Of a DNA stretch of 64,000 nt, positions 1 to 10,260 are shown in pieces. Position 1 is the stretch's first letter. Each line of letters starts with the position of its first letter. A program made the translations under genes and the position numbers. Under the pieces are notes generated by a model, which was not told the DNA's origin, made no database searches, and worked only from the letters and a program-made list of their open reading frames with translations. The stretch comes from an uncultured virus (IMG/VR IMGVR_UViG_3300044670_002562) (taxonomy: Duplodnaviria; Heunggongvirae; Uroviricota; Caudoviricetes), in the IMG/VR virus record IMGVR_UViG_3300044670_002562. One strand, 5' to 3'.

Positions 1-150
1 GGCCCCTAGATACTGCTCTAATAAAGGTGTGAATTGTCTGACTATCTCGCCCGCAAAGCTAGAGTCCCCGAAGATCTGGCTAAACTTCTGGAGAAGAATC
101 TCCATCTCGCTTATGCCGGAATAGTCTTCTTGCGCTGTGCCGGTTGACAT
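1..150 (-). CDS. 5' part of a gene running off the window edge; position suggests tape measure protein
   Basis: ATG at 150-148, 3 nt after the stop of the upstream ORF, frame open to the window edge (MSTGTAQEDYSGISEMEILLQKF...). Function is inferred only from synteny after the chaperone pair. Confidence 0.4.
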   Translation of the reverse strand, partial: MSTGTAQEDYSGISEMEILLQKFSQIFGDSSFAGEIVRQFTPLLEQYLGA

Positions 151-153
151 AAT

Positions 154-534
154 TTACTCTGCTTTTTTGGGGGATCTGCCGGTAACTGCTTTTACGATAT
201 CGTCGAAGTTGTCGATAAGGTTTTGAATTTCAGGAGACGCCTTTTCCGAAGTATCGTCCTGCTCGGGAACAATCCACGGAAATTGCACACTTGACATCTT
301 AGTTAAAACCGAATGCAGGTTTTCAAACTTCTGTTCCTGAATTATAGGCATACCGGTTATGGCCGAAGAGCGAACATGAAGAGACTCCACTACTCGTCTT
401 CGCTCAGCTTCATCTAATACAAGAGTCTCCCGTACCAGACTTTCCGGATCATCTCTCGAGATAGTCGAAAGATCTATGGCTCTGTCGTAAAAGGCGCTAA
501 CCGTTAGGCGAGCCCAGCGCCCTTGTAGAAAGAT
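154..534 (-). CDS. Start-less ORF, probable frameshift extension (GT-like part) of the tail assembly chaperone
   Basis: Frame open from 534 to 154 with no ATG/GTG/TTG until 390; overlaps the last 31 nt of 504..1022 in the -1 frame. Confidence 0.55.
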   Translation of the reverse strand: MFLQGRWARLTVSAFYDRAIDLSTISRDDPESLVRETLVLDEAERRRVVESLHVRSSAITGMPIIQEQKFENLHSVLTKMSSVQFPWIVPEQDDTSEKASPEIQNLIDNFDDIVKAVTGRSPKKAE

Positions 535-1022
535 TTATCTAGTCCCGCAGCAGGCAGTGACTCTGCGAGTCGCAGAAACTCCAGAAGTACGCGAGTAATG
601 ATGACAGGGATATCCTCTCCCATCTCGCCGAACCTTTTGGCGTGCTCGTCCTCCCACTTCTCTGGATCGAAGTCGAGATCGAATACATTTCCGTTGAACT
701 CCCGACAGTAGTATAGGCACTTAATCTTAATGCTATCTGTTATGGAAGCTACTGCCTCGTCGGCGCTGACAGTAAGGAGGGCCTTCTTCATTCTATCGGC
801 CTCGCCTGACGTCAGCATATCGAATCTAGCAGTAATCTGACCGTCAAATAGCCCGTAAGTCTTTGAGAATACCTTACCGGATAGGAGGCAGCGAACGTAC
901 TCTTTCTTTTCCTCCTCGGAAGGCGCAGGCGTATTACCTTCGCTTAGGCTAAAGTGGCAACGGGGGCAAGTCTCTTTCTTTTCGATAGTGCTAGTATCGG
1001 CAGGAGCAGTAGTGTCTGTCAT
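504..1022 (-). CDS. Putative tail assembly chaperone (G-like)
   Basis: 172 aa acidic protein with N-terminal CPRC and an AGGAGG RBS, in the tail module, followed by an overlapping start-less ORF. Confidence 0.55.
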   Translation of the reverse strand: MTDTTAPADTSTIEKKETCPRCHFSLSEGNTPAPSEEEKKEYVRCLLSGKVFSKTYGLFDGQITARFDMLTSGEADRMKKALLTVSADEAVASITDSIKIKCLYYCREFNGNVFDLDFDPEKWEDEHAKRFGEMGEDIPVIITRVLLEFLRLAESLPAAGLDKSFYKGAGLA

Positions 1023-1048
1023 TTTTAAGATCCTCCTATGGGAAATGG

Positions 1049-3646
1049 CTATTTATTTATCTTGTACTGCGATAGGGCTTTATGCACTATAGTACCGTCT
1101 TTGTCTTGTACAAGAAGAGCGTCGGGCGCTTCAAACCTTTCTTTTCCTGGGTAAGGATAGGTTTCTCCTACTACCGCATGGAGCACTGCCTGCTCTTGCC
1201 ATGTGGACTCTGTATCTAGGATCGTCTGCCATTTTGGCGCTACTAGGGAAAACGTACTTGCACCGTATATCTCGGACTTGCTGCTCGGGAAAGCAAATGA
1301 GGGGGACCGCTGCCCCTTCTGCGTAGCTAGTCCCTTATCGATAAACGTCTCGTATATGCTACGTAGAGATGACGTAAATAAGGATGTGACATCTATATAC
1401 TCTGTGACATTCCCCGCCTCCGGGACGTTTAGCTCTATGGAGACTCGCTGTCCGATAGTGATAGGCTCGGGATTTGCGCCTTCGTTCGATATGACGCTCT
1501 TCTCAGATAGGATCTGTCCTTTAGCTAATACCGCGCCTCGGAGACCTATATCTCCGTTAATCTCTACGCGAGGAGCTTCTCGAGGCATCTCGGAGACCTT
1601 ATCTGTAACACCGCTTGCCTCTATAGCAGGATTATCGATAGCTCCTGCGGCCTTATCGACAGTAAGTAACGGGGTGGCTACACTTAAAGATCCTCTAGAT
1701 ACAGCTAGAATAGAGTTGTTCCGCATAAAGACGCCTGTAGCGCTCTCTAGCATGGTAAGCGAGATAGACTGTGTGTATGACGTGAACAGGCTGCTTCCGC
1801 GCAGTGTCGTATTTCCGTTCCCTGAGTCGAAGAGAATGTCGCACGTAGTAGCCTCTGACTCTACACCTCGATCGGTGCCTGCTCCATCTACGTCTGTGGA
1901 GTACCCGGCTCCGTAGATATGGCTACCTAGAATAGATACTCCTGATTCCGGGGCCTTTATCTGGATGCCGGATCCGAATGGCCTGCCCTCTGTTATATCG
2001 TCCTCAGATATATCGTTAAGCGATGCCTGGGTTGATCGGTTCTCTAGAGTAAGCATACCGCCCGCGCTGCCTCCGGAAAGCATTTGAAGGTTCCCCTCAG
2101 CCTTCACGGCAATAGATCCGTCGGTTGATGCTATCTCTACACGTCCCTTAGTGCGATTGATGCGGTTGCCGGGAACCTGCTCTATCAGGTCTCGTCCAGG
2201 CAGAATCTCTACATCTCCGATAGAGGATATAGTTACTTTGCCGCGATTCATCCGGATCTCTCCGCCGTACCCGTCCCCTAGGACTAGTCCTCCGTCGTCA
2301 GACATAAGGAAAACAGAGCTGTTCTTAAACAGCTTGACTCGACGACCCGGGTAGATCTCTTTATCCTCGGACACGATATCGGAGATAGTGTATTCACTCT
2401 CCTGGGAGGATAGGGGACGCACTGTCTGTTCCGATTCTCCTGGAAACACCGCTTCTTGCACTTCCTCTATCGTAGGGAAATGCCAGATTCCGTCATCCTT
2501 CCGTAAGCCTCGGAAGTATGTAGTAGCCTCTTCGTATGATGCAAACTGCTCGTGCATGAGAGGCATAAGTCGATAGACCTCATCTACACTGTCGAGGCCG
2601 AACTGCTCTTTTAGTCTCTCTGCGTCCGTTAAGTCTGCGTATTCTGAGTCCTCCTCGGTATCCTCGGAGGGCGCGGCGCACGCTATATCTTCTTTCTTCC
2701 AAGGGGAAACGATCGCGTAGGTCTTCTCTAGCTTTATCTCTTTAGCTGCGCGGACTCTGTAAATCCCGTCCATCCGCTGCAGCACAGATAAAGTTCCCGG
2801 ATAGGTCTCTTCTCCAAACGTATACGGACCGCCTTCGCTAAAGTCCGTACGCATTGTGCTGAATACGCCCTCCGTAGCTCCGCCGCGAAATGCTTGGTGT
2901 CGAAAGAATCCTGTAGCGTTCTCTGTGGCCGGGACGATTGAGGTAGTTCCGTCCTCATTCTCGTATTCCTGAAGCGCGCTCTGGCCGCCTATGGCCTCTA
3001 GGATAGATAGGGAGTACTGCTCTACATCTGTCGCAACATCCGCTCTATGGATGGCCTCTCGTAAATACGAGATATGGTCCTGCACATAGTTCCGGGACGT
3101 TAGATCCAGGAGAGAGTCGACTCCGTTACATGTTATTGCGCAATCTGGGGAGATTCCGACCTTACACATAAACTCGGATAGAAGTAAGATGCCGCCCAGA
3201 GCTGTAGACTTATACCAGTCTCCGGGCTGCGCATCCGTAAACCTATTGCTAGACCGACTTTGTCGAAGATCTGATCGAGCAGCAGAGGACTTTATAACCT
3301 CTCGATACGCGGCATTGTTTTCTATGCCGGCTAGTGAGTCCTCTTGTATAGATAGGCCGGTAAATGCGCTATCTTCCTGCTTAGGGAAGACGTCGAATGA
3401 TCCTAGTATAAGGTTCGGAGACAGGAAGTATTGGGCTAATGCGGAGGACTCGCGTAACTTAGCAACTAGCACAACTCCCCCAGGGGAATAGCACGTTCCG
3501 CTAGTATGCCCTCCTCGACGTGAGCTCCCTGTCTCTAGCGCCGAGGCGGTGATAGATGCGCCTTCTATCTCTACGAAATAGGTATTGGCGTAGGCCCCTG
3601 CAATAACGATGCGTCCGACATGAAGAGATATTTGCCCTTCCTGCAT
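1049..3646 (-). CDS. Baseplate hub/spike-like protein (gp5/VgrG-like, tentative)
   Basis: 865 aa; N-terminal OB-fold-like segment, beta-helix-like Gly/Ser/Ile repeats (GGEIRMNRGKVTISSIGDVEILPG); directly downstream of tube and sheath; AGGAGG RBS. Confidence 0.5.
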   Translation of the reverse strand: MQEGQISLHVGRIVIAGAYANTYFVEIEGASITASALETGSSRRGGHTSGTCYSPGGVVLVAKLRESSALAQYFLSPNLILGSFDVFPKQEDSAFTGLSIQEDSLAGIENNAAYREVIKSSAARSDLRQSRSSNRFTDAQPGDWYKSTALGGILLLSEFMCKVGISPDCAITCNGVDSLLDLTSRNYVQDHISYLREAIHRADVATDVEQYSLSILEAIGGQSALQEYENEDGTTSIVPATENATGFFRHQAFRGGATEGVFSTMRTDFSEGGPYTFGEETYPGTLSVLQRMDGIYRVRAAKEIKLEKTYAIVSPWKKEDIACAAPSEDTEEDSEYADLTDAERLKEQFGLDSVDEVYRLMPLMHEQFASYEEATTYFRGLRKDDGIWHFPTIEEVQEAVFPGESEQTVRPLSSQESEYTISDIVSEDKEIYPGRRVKLFKNSSVFLMSDDGGLVLGDGYGGEIRMNRGKVTISSIGDVEILPGRDLIEQVPGNRINRTKGRVEIASTDGSIAVKAEGNLQMLSGGSAGGMLTLENRSTQASLNDISEDDITEGRPFGSGIQIKAPESGVSILGSHIYGAGYSTDVDGAGTDRGVESEATTCDILFDSGNGNTTLRGSSLFTSYTQSISLTMLESATGVFMRNNSILAVSRGSLSVATPLLTVDKAAGAIDNPAIEASGVTDKVSEMPREAPRVEINGDIGLRGAVLAKGQILSEKSVISNEGANPEPITIGQRVSIELNVPEAGNVTEYIDVTSLFTSSLRSIYETFIDKGLATQKGQRSPSFAFPSSKSEIYGASTFSLVAPKWQTILDTESTWQEQAVLHAVVGETYPYPGKERFEAPDALLVQDKDGTIVHKALSQYKINK

Positions 3647-3747
3647 TGTACTCTTATCCTCCTATGAAAACTAGACAGTTACGTCTGCTCTGTAGGGACA
3701 GAGTACAGGAACATACACGATATGCAAGGGCCTCCGCCCTACAGGCT

Positions 3748-4269
3748 TTATCGACTACTCGAATCCACCGTTAGCTTGAGCACTTGGAGAGTGACGTTAG
3801 CGTTAACGACAGTGATACCCCCGCCACCGTTAGAGACACTCATGCCGAAGGTGTTGATGAGACATCCCTCGCATACGAAGCTCTGAGCATTAGAGCTCTC
3901 CGACGACTTACAGTTGCCGTCTGAGTCGGTATACGTCCCCGGACCGGTCGGCTTGAGAACAATTACGCGACTTTGAAAGCCGCAGATCTTGCCGAATTTT
4001 TCGAGAAACGTCTTAATAGTACCCGAAGGCCCGATAATCGTCCCTAGGCTGAGGGTCCCGTTAGACTCTCCTGAGATGACATGGGTAAGGGGGCTATTAA
4101 GCGGCGTAATCTGCGACGTGGATCGCTTATACGACAGGTTTACTGACGTTACGATCAGGTCGTCAAGCGGGTCGGCGCCATTATCGCGGTCCCCGAAGGA
4201 TATAACCGCACCGTCCAGGTTCCATGCCTGGCCTATGTTTCTATCGATTCCAAATACATCTTGTGCCAT
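3748..4269 (-). CDS. Tail tube protein
   Basis: 173 aa, beta-rich, immediately downstream of the sheath gene; strong RBS. Confidence 0.65.
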   Translation of the reverse strand: MAQDVFGIDRNIGQAWNLDGAVISFGDRDNGADPLDDLIVTSVNLSYKRSTSQITPLNSPLTHVISGESNGTLSLGTIIGPSGTIKTFLEKFGKICGFQSRVIVLKPTGPGTYTDSDGNCKSSESSNAQSFVCEGCLINTFGMSVSNGGGGITVVNANVTLQVLKLTVDSSSR

Positions 4270-4284
4270 TGTAATATCCTCCTA

Positions 4285-7053
4285 CTAGCTGACTCTAAAA
4301 GTTATAGGCAAGTTGTTTAGAGGATCAGGCATATCCGGATCAATCTCTACGTCGATCGTATCGCGAAGGACCGCATTCCGCTCAAGCTTAGTGACAGTTG
4401 CGTTCAGCATCTGCGGACCGAGCTTATTGGAATAGGTTCTATTCGTGATAGAGCTGATGGTAGCGCTCAATCGGGCCGACAACAGCTCTAGCATAGCCGG
4501 GCTGATGTTGCCTTGTCCAAACAAGTCTGACGTAGCATCGAAGAAGTCTCGGCTAATATGGTCGAGATTAGTCGTCTTCGAGCTCTCCCTCTCGTTAAAG
4601 TTAGCGTAATCGATAACTGATGTGAGCTGGTGCCGTGTAAAGATACGACCGGAGAAATCCTTCTGCACGATCCATACACCGCCGCCTCCGATAGTATTGA
4701 GGTCTGCTCGGCTGAACTTCACGGAAGGGTCTGAGAGAACCGACGAGAGGTTCAACTGAGACTGCGGAGCATGCGGTGGAATACCGGAGCGCTGACCTGC
4801 GAGGGCCGCAGCAGCGTAGAAGATCTCGGACGTACTGCCGTCAGCCTCTACAGGGTTGTCGATATATACGAGGGTAACTCGTCGAGTATCGAACTGCGCC
4901 GCACGAGCAGCGAGTGCAGCAGCGTATTCTGCGGCGCTCTGATTTCGCCAGATCTCGATCTTAAGCGCAACCGCAATTGGACTGCCGACATCCTCTACGA
5001 GAATGAGCTGAGATTCCGAATTGACGCGATCTACCGTGTATTCGTCGTATGTAGTGACTCCTTCTGCGTCCGTGCTGAAGTTGATACGCATAATATCGCC
5101 TGGGCGGACATCGTTAGTCTCGAACAGAGCGCCTACTGCATTTACTTCCCGATACGTATTAACAGGAAAGAGCCCGACAGTAGCTTCTATATCGTCCTCA
5201 TTTGCCCGCTCCGTATAGACATCGGTGATTTGGGACACAGTATTCGGAACCCAAGCGATTCTCCATTGGTTATTAACCGGAGAGCTTCGATCGAGTACGT
5301 GCGTCTTGACTGCCTGATGGATATCCGGATCGTTCGTAAGAGGAACGATGCTGTAGACCTCGTCATTCTCGGTAAGAACATCGAGAGCCTCGTTATATCC
5401 GGCAAGATCGTCAGAGCAGACAGGCACAAAGTACACGCCCAGCTGACCCTCTTGGATAGCGTGAAAGACTGCCTTACTAAGCGGGTTCTTAGGGCTAGCT
5501 GGACCGAGAAGACTTTCGCGTTGCGAATCCGAATCGGCAAAGCCTACTTGGCCGCAGATATCCGTACGAAGCTCTCGAAAATCCACAACAAGTGTGCCTC
5601 CGATTACGCTGTACAGCGCGTCTGTGCCGAGGATATCTGACGTAACCTGCGCGGATCCGTTGATGGTAATCGTATCTTCCGTCAGCGTAGAGTACGTAGA
5701 GGGGAAGTCGACGTCTACCTTATCGAACAGCTCCAGATCAATATCGCCTGAGATGACATGATCGATAGGATCGCGGAGGATAAGCGTACGGATAGGGCCT
5801 TCCGAGGCTGCTGCCATAGAGAAAGAGAATACGCCTGCTGTATTGAACTGCGTACCTTTCTTGAAGACGAGCTCGACATTGTTACTCCCGATCGGATACG
5901 ACACTGAGGTATCGATCGCGAAGTCGGAGGCAGGTACGGTAAGAGTTCCTGCGATATCTGCGCCATTGCTGCTAATGTACGAGATAGTAACATCTCCAGC
6001 CGTTGCGGATGCTGGATCCAACGTACCGCCTTGAGTAACCGTGATGATATACTTCGTGTTGGTGCTGCCCGAGTAGCTCGGAGTGGCGGTAACCTCTAGA
6101 TCAGCTGTGTCAGCCACATCTACTTGGAGGTAGGACTGGGCGATCTCTACTTGCCAGCTGTCGTTAAGGGACACACTACCTGCACCGGAGTCCTCGATAG
6201 TAAACGTAGCTCCGCGAGATCCGAGCGCAGTATCGTACTCTGATCCGTTATAGATAACGTCTGTTCCGAGGGTAATGTCGGTAGTAGTATCTCCGCCTTG
6301 GGAACTAATCCGAAGAGTAGTGCCGTCCAGTCCGCCAGTACCGCCAGTACCTACATTGAGAACGCGGATGGTATAGATGTCTCGCGGGTAGCCGTCGACA
6401 AGTCCGTTATACGCAGTCGCATCTGCTGCGAACGTATATTTAGTCGGGACAGTCGTAGTAGGGACTACTGTATTAGTAATCGACAGGCTGGTATAGGCGA
6501 ATCCGTTATCGCGATAAGGATCCTCGACCGGGACCACGGAGCCTGCTACTTCCTCAGCAACAAACCCGGATACCTGTGTGAGGAGCTCTTGCTGTGCTCC
6601 GCCGTCGTAGGCGCTCGAGGCTCCTTCAACTTCCGGGAACCAGCGAAGACGGGCAAAATCACCTACCTGCACATCCCGATCGCCAAAGACAGTCGAACGA
6701 TTGGTATCGTTACCCGTCTTAAAGACAAGGCTGTCTGAGGTAATCTTATTGCCGGCGGTCTCTGTAAGAGATGCGTTAGAGCTATCTCCGTAGTACTTGA
6801 GGAGAGTGTCCTCCAGCAATACAGACGCATCGTCCAGGTCGACTACTCCCCCGGGAACAGTGTCTGGCCAATTGTATACGGTACTGGATTCGGTATCCAG
6901 ATAATCCCCAAGCTCGGCACGTTCATCATCTACGTCCGGACGGTGCAGTGAATAAAGCGGACCTACGCACGCTGCGTACAGAGGAAGGGCCCCCTGAGCT
7001 TGGGCCTGCTCAAATTCCTGGAAGATTTGTCTTCTAGGCTCTAAGTATGCCAT
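4285..7053 (-). CDS. Tail sheath protein with inserted beta-sandwich domains
   Basis: 922 aa; C-terminal sheath-like motifs (YNEALDVL, AAALAG, ADLNTIGGGGVWIV, P.PLNNLPITF); Thr/Ser/Gly-rich inserts in the middle. Confidence 0.8.
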   Translation of the reverse strand: MAYLEPRRQIFQEFEQAQAQGALPLYAACVGPLYSLHRPDVDDERAELGDYLDTESSTVYNWPDTVPGGVVDLDDASVLLEDTLLKYYGDSSNASLTETAGNKITSDSLVFKTGNDTNRSTVFGDRDVQVGDFARLRWFPEVEGASSAYDGGAQQELLTQVSGFVAEEVAGSVVPVEDPYRDNGFAYTSLSITNTVVPTTTVPTKYTFAADATAYNGLVDGYPRDIYTIRVLNVGTGGTGGLDGTTLRISSQGGDTTTDITLGTDVIYNGSEYDTALGSRGATFTIEDSGAGSVSLNDSWQVEIAQSYLQVDVADTADLEVTATPSYSGSTNTKYIITVTQGGTLDPASATAGDVTISYISSNGADIAGTLTVPASDFAIDTSVSYPIGSNNVELVFKKGTQFNTAGVFSFSMAAASEGPIRTLILRDPIDHVISGDIDLELFDKVDVDFPSTYSTLTEDTITINGSAQVTSDILGTDALYSVIGGTLVVDFRELRTDICGQVGFADSDSQRESLLGPASPKNPLSKAVFHAIQEGQLGVYFVPVCSDDLAGYNEALDVLTENDEVYSIVPLTNDPDIHQAVKTHVLDRSSPVNNQWRIAWVPNTVSQITDVYTERANEDDIEATVGLFPVNTYREVNAVGALFETNDVRPGDIMRINFSTDAEGVTTYDEYTVDRVNSESQLILVEDVGSPIAVALKIEIWRNQSAAEYAAALAARAAQFDTRRVTLVYIDNPVEADGSTSEIFYAAAALAGQRSGIPPHAPQSQLNLSSVLSDPSVKFSRADLNTIGGGGVWIVQKDFSGRIFTRHQLTSVIDYANFNERESSKTTNLDHISRDFFDATSDLFGQGNISPAMLELLSARLSATISSITNRTYSNKLGPQMLNATVTKLERNAVLRDTIDVEIDPDMPDPLNNLPITFRVS

Positions 7054-7074
7054 GTCTAAGTATCTCCTCTGATA

Positions 7075-7788
7075 TTAGGTGAAGGTTGTTTGATGTATAG
7101 CGACTCGTTTAATGATCGGTGATTCAGGAACCACTAACCAGTTATACATATACGACCAATCGAGATTGACAACTGTGTAAAATGAAGTCTTTGACTCGTC
7201 GTTTCGTGTACGGAGCTCGCTAACGCTTTGTGTTAGTAAGCTCCCTAGGTGAAAATCTTTCTTTATTATCTGCTGAAAGTGAAGCATTCTAAAAAAAACT
7301 TCTTGTCCAAGCAGCTCTGCCTCAGCGCCTGTTCCTCCTTTGCAAATAATATTATGGCCTCCTCTAATAACCATGTGATGGCGTTCCCCTGGTCGCCATC
7401 CCTCTGACATACCTAGTGCCGACTGATTTCGCAAAGCAACACTTTCCGATCTAAAAGACTTTCTTTTAATCAAGATCGTAGGCAGCTGCTGGACCTCGGG
7501 CCCTAGCGAGCTCCAGGCGGGCTTTATCAGTATACGGCTAGGTTCGTAATCGTATGCCGATCCCTCTTCAGTTTCCGATACAGCACAGCACTGTGTGCTA
7601 GGTGTCCAGAGGTATCCCTTAAGCAAAGGCTCTTCGATATTATCTGCAACTGAGAAATGGTACTGCAGTAATCTCTGAAAGACCCCCGATAGCATAAAAG
7701 GGTTAGGTCCTGCCGTAGCAAACGCGCTTGGCTGTTCGCACGCCTCTTGCGAGACTCCCCAACAAGGCTCTGGAAAAGTATTAGGCAT
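7075..7788 (-). CDS. Tail terminator / tail completion protein (tentative)
   Basis: 237 aa directly upstream of the sheath; QQLPTILIKR segment typical of tail-terminator-fold proteins. Confidence 0.5.
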   Translation of the reverse strand: MPNTFPEPCWGVSQEACEQPSAFATAGPNPFMLSGVFQRLLQYHFSVADNIEEPLLKGYLWTPSTQCCAVSETEEGSAYDYEPSRILIKPAWSSLGPEVQQLPTILIKRKSFRSESVALRNQSALGMSEGWRPGERHHMVIRGGHNIICKGGTGAEAELLGQEVFFRMLHFQQIIKKDFHLGSLLTQSVSELRTRNDESKTSFYTVVNLDWSYMYNWLVVPESPIIKRVAIHQTTFT

Positions 7789-7789
7789 T

Positions 7790-7805
7790 TAGAATACGTA
7801 TGCTA
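7790..7805. promoter_or_regulatory. Copy of recurrent 16-bp palindrome (TAGAATACGTATGCTA)
   Basis: Fills the gap between two genes; matches six other copies in the window. Confidence 0.55.
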
Positions 7806-8231
7806 CGTCTTTTTCAGTCTGTGAGAGAGGTCCTCGGCGACAGCTCCCACTCCTGCGCCCGCAATCGCAGATAGGATATCTCTACGCAGCGATGGGGATT
7901 TGTTAAGCTTACCCCATAGGTTTGAGGATAATGAACCTATAGCAGCTCCTCCGGCAGCAGCTGTAGTTGTGTGCCGAAGCCGCTTCGTCTGTCTGGCGTG
8001 TTCTTCTAGAGCAGCGCGCTGCTTGTTCAAAGCCTGGAGCCCTTCCTCGTGGCGCGCAGCCTGTGTCTTGTTAGCGGAACGTGCTGTGACCAAGGGGACG
8101 CCTACCATCGCGGCCACGCTAACGAGATTCAACAGTGGCAGAAAAGGTGCCACTGCTGCTACTAGAGCCTCTTTTTCCAGCGTATATCCTTGCGCTGCAC
8201 CCTTAAAATATGATGCGCTTGTGCTAGGCAT
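7803..8231 (-). CDS. Glycine-zipper membrane protein, paralog 1
   Basis: Leader YFKGAAQGYTLEKEA, hydrophobic helix, C-terminal GKLNKSPSLRRDILSAIAGAGVGA. Confidence 0.7.
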   Translation of the reverse strand: MPSTSASYFKGAAQGYTLEKEALVAAVAPFLPLLNLVSVAAMVGVPLVTARSANKTQAARHEEGLQALNKQRAALEEHARQTKRLRHTTTAAAGGAAIGSLSSNLWGKLNKSPSLRRDILSAIAGAGVGAVAEDLSHRLKKT

Positions 8232-8820
8232 TAGAGGTATCTTTATTGTTAGCTACTGTTGCGTAGCCTGCTCCGGCTACCGCTCCTCCGAGGGCTGCTA
8301 TTAGGTCCCGAGCTAGGTCCGGCTTACCGGCCAGCTTGCCCCAGGCTGCAGAGGATATCCCGCCTAGCGCCGCTCCGCCTGTTCCGTAAAGCACCGGGTC
8401 CAAGGCTTCGTCTGAGCTTGTAGGTGCCTCTGCGGTAAGCTCAGGGTGTTTGCCGTAATCGACACTAGCGATACCGTCGTCCTCTGAGCCAGCAAGCGCT
8501 GTTCCGATAGCGGCTCCGCCGCCTCCCACGCCTAAGACCCCAAGCACTGTGGCGAGCGCTTTACCACCGCGAGGAATTCTCTTTAGAAGTTCTAAAGACT
8601 TGGCCCTGACGCCTGGTCTTGGAGCCTGTACTGTTTGAACCGGCCCTGTGGTACGAACCGGAGGACTTACAACCTTTACTATTTTTCTCGTTCGCGGTGG
8701 AGAAGCAGCGGGCGGGGTCTGTAGACCCCTGGACATTAATTGTTCCCACGCTGCATTTAGTGTCGCTTGAGGATTGGCTTCCTTAAGGAACTCTGATAGT
8801 AGATTATCCTGAGTATGCAT
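8224..8820 (-). CDS. Glycine-zipper membrane protein, paralog 2
   Basis: Leader ending FLKEA; C-terminal GKLAGKPDLARDLIAALGGAVAGA. Confidence 0.7.
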   Translation of the reverse strand: MHTQDNLLSEFLKEANPQATLNAAWEQLMSRGLQTPPAASPPRTRKIVKVVSPPVRTTGPVQTVQAPRPGVRAKSLELLKRIPRGGKALATVLGVLGVGGGGAAIGTALAGSEDDGIASVDYGKHPELTAEAPTSSDEALDPVLYGTGGAALGGISSAAWGKLAGKPDLARDLIAALGGAVAGAGYATVANNKDTSNA

Positions 8821-8836
8821 TATTCTATCTCCTAGA

Positions 8837-9292
8837 TTAGCTAGTTGAGCCTACGGCTGCGCCGATTGCGGTCCCGGTTAGGGCTGCGATTAGATCTCTT
8901 TGAAGGTTGGGCTTATCGGCGAGCTTACCGTACACGACAGACGCTAGGCCTCCTCCTGCTCCCCCTAGTGCTGCGAGGCTGGCTGTGCCTAGCGACTCTT
9001 CCGACTTGTCTGCTTCTGAGAAATCTACAGGCTCTTCCTCGGGTCGATCTAGTTTACCGGAATAGTTCACACCACCCCATATCGAAAAGGCGGGAACGGC
9101 AGCAACCCCAGCCGCCCGCGTTTTCGATATGTCGTCAAGAAAATCCCCGGTTTCTTTTGCGCCGCCGCGTATTGCCTTGGATCTCGTAAATTTTTTGATC
9201 CAGGCCCCTAGGCCTGCCTCTTTCTGCGTAAAGGTCTGGGGATTATTCGCGGCAGAATATGCTCGGTTAAGTAATTGCTCTGCTGGGGACAT
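8837..9292 (-). CDS. Glycine-zipper membrane protein, paralog 3
   Basis: Leader ending TQKEA; C-terminal GKLADKPNLQRDLIAALTGTAIGA. Confidence 0.7.
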   Translation of the reverse strand: MSPAEQLLNRAYSAANNPQTFTQKEAGLGAWIKKFTRSKAIRGGAKETGDFLDDISKTRAAGVAAVPAFSIWGGVNYSGKLDRPEEEPVDFSEADKSEESLGTASLAALGGAGGGLASVVYGKLADKPNLQRDLIAALTGTAIGAAVGSTS

Positions 9293-9317
9293 CTGTTATC
9301 TCCACATTAGTATAAGG

Positions 9318-10208
9318 CTAGAAGACTTCGTCGTACGCTATACCTTGTCGCCAACCTAGTGACGGGTTCGAGGTACCTTCTGGCGCCTCTGCCTCGGCCT
9401 GCTCTAAGGGTATAGTGTAAGCTATGTCTGTTCTGGGTAATAGTCGAAAGTCTGTAGGATAGTACACCAAAGGCACAAATCTAACATACGCGGCTACTCG
9501 GATACTGCGAACAACGAATCTCTTATTAGAGGACCCGTGTACCCATATATCGTACGTGTCTAATCGAGGGTAAGCGATACATCTTGCTTGGTAGGATTGA
9601 TTATCCTCCAAGGAGAACCCTTCCTTTACGTCTAAGCTACTGCCGCCTCCGGAGAGATCTACCCAGTATGGGATAGCGTCGTAGTATCCCTTCTGTATAC
9701 CTGTTCCGTAGCATGTCCCGCAAACTGATGAGACAGGTTCGTCTATGTCGTAGTCTACACAGTCTGTGCACTTCGCTCCGCACCATCTCCGCTTTAGGAG
9801 GTACCCTAGGCTACCGGCAGAGGTCTTCACCATCCGCAAGTACTCTTTACGGATGATGTCTCTAGAGAGTTTCTTATCTCTTAGCGGAATGTCTCCTAGA
9901 GTTGCTGCGGGCTTCGACGCGTACTCTCTGTCTCCGTCAAAGGCAATGACTCGATAGAAGATATCGCTCTTATACCCGCATCGCCGCTTATCTTCGTCCA
10001 GATATAGGCAAGCGTTGCAGATAGCGAAGTCTTTGTTAATGCGTTCCCACTCTCCGCCTGCTCGGCTCCATTCGACGTAGAAGATAGGCGTACGGGATCC
10101 GGAGAACTCGAACATAGGATTCAGCTCCCACTCTACGATCGTTTCGTCGGAGGGGGTAACGTAGGCTTCTACTCTACTAAATGTAAATATTTTGGCCGGC
10201 TTAGCCAT
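9318..10208 (-). CDS. Neck / head-closure protein with zinc finger (tentative)
   Basis: 296 aa with CTDC...CGTCYGTG motif; lies between capsid and tail genes. Confidence 0.5.
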   Translation of the reverse strand: MAKPAKIFTFSRVEAYVTPSDETIVEWELNPMFEFSGSRTPIFYVEWSRAGGEWERINKDFAICNACLYLDEDKRRCGYKSDIFYRVIAFDGDREYASKPAATLGDIPLRDKKLSRDIIRKEYLRMVKTSAGSLGYLLKRRWCGAKCTDCVDYDIDEPVSSVCGTCYGTGIQKGYYDAIPYWVDLSGGGSSLDVKEGFSLEDNQSYQARCIAYPRLDTYDIWVHGSSNKRFVVRSIRVAAYVRFVPLVYYPTDFRLLPRTDIAYTIPLEQAEAEAPEGTSNPSLGWRQGIAYDEVF

Positions 10209-10260
10209 ATCCTATCTTACCCTACTCTGTGAATCCCGATTGAGAGATAGTGCTATCTCC

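Noticed and set aside
1049..7788. Extracellular contractile injection system or tailocin interpretation
   Set aside because: Portal, protease, scaffold and capsid genes are linked, indicating a complete phage.
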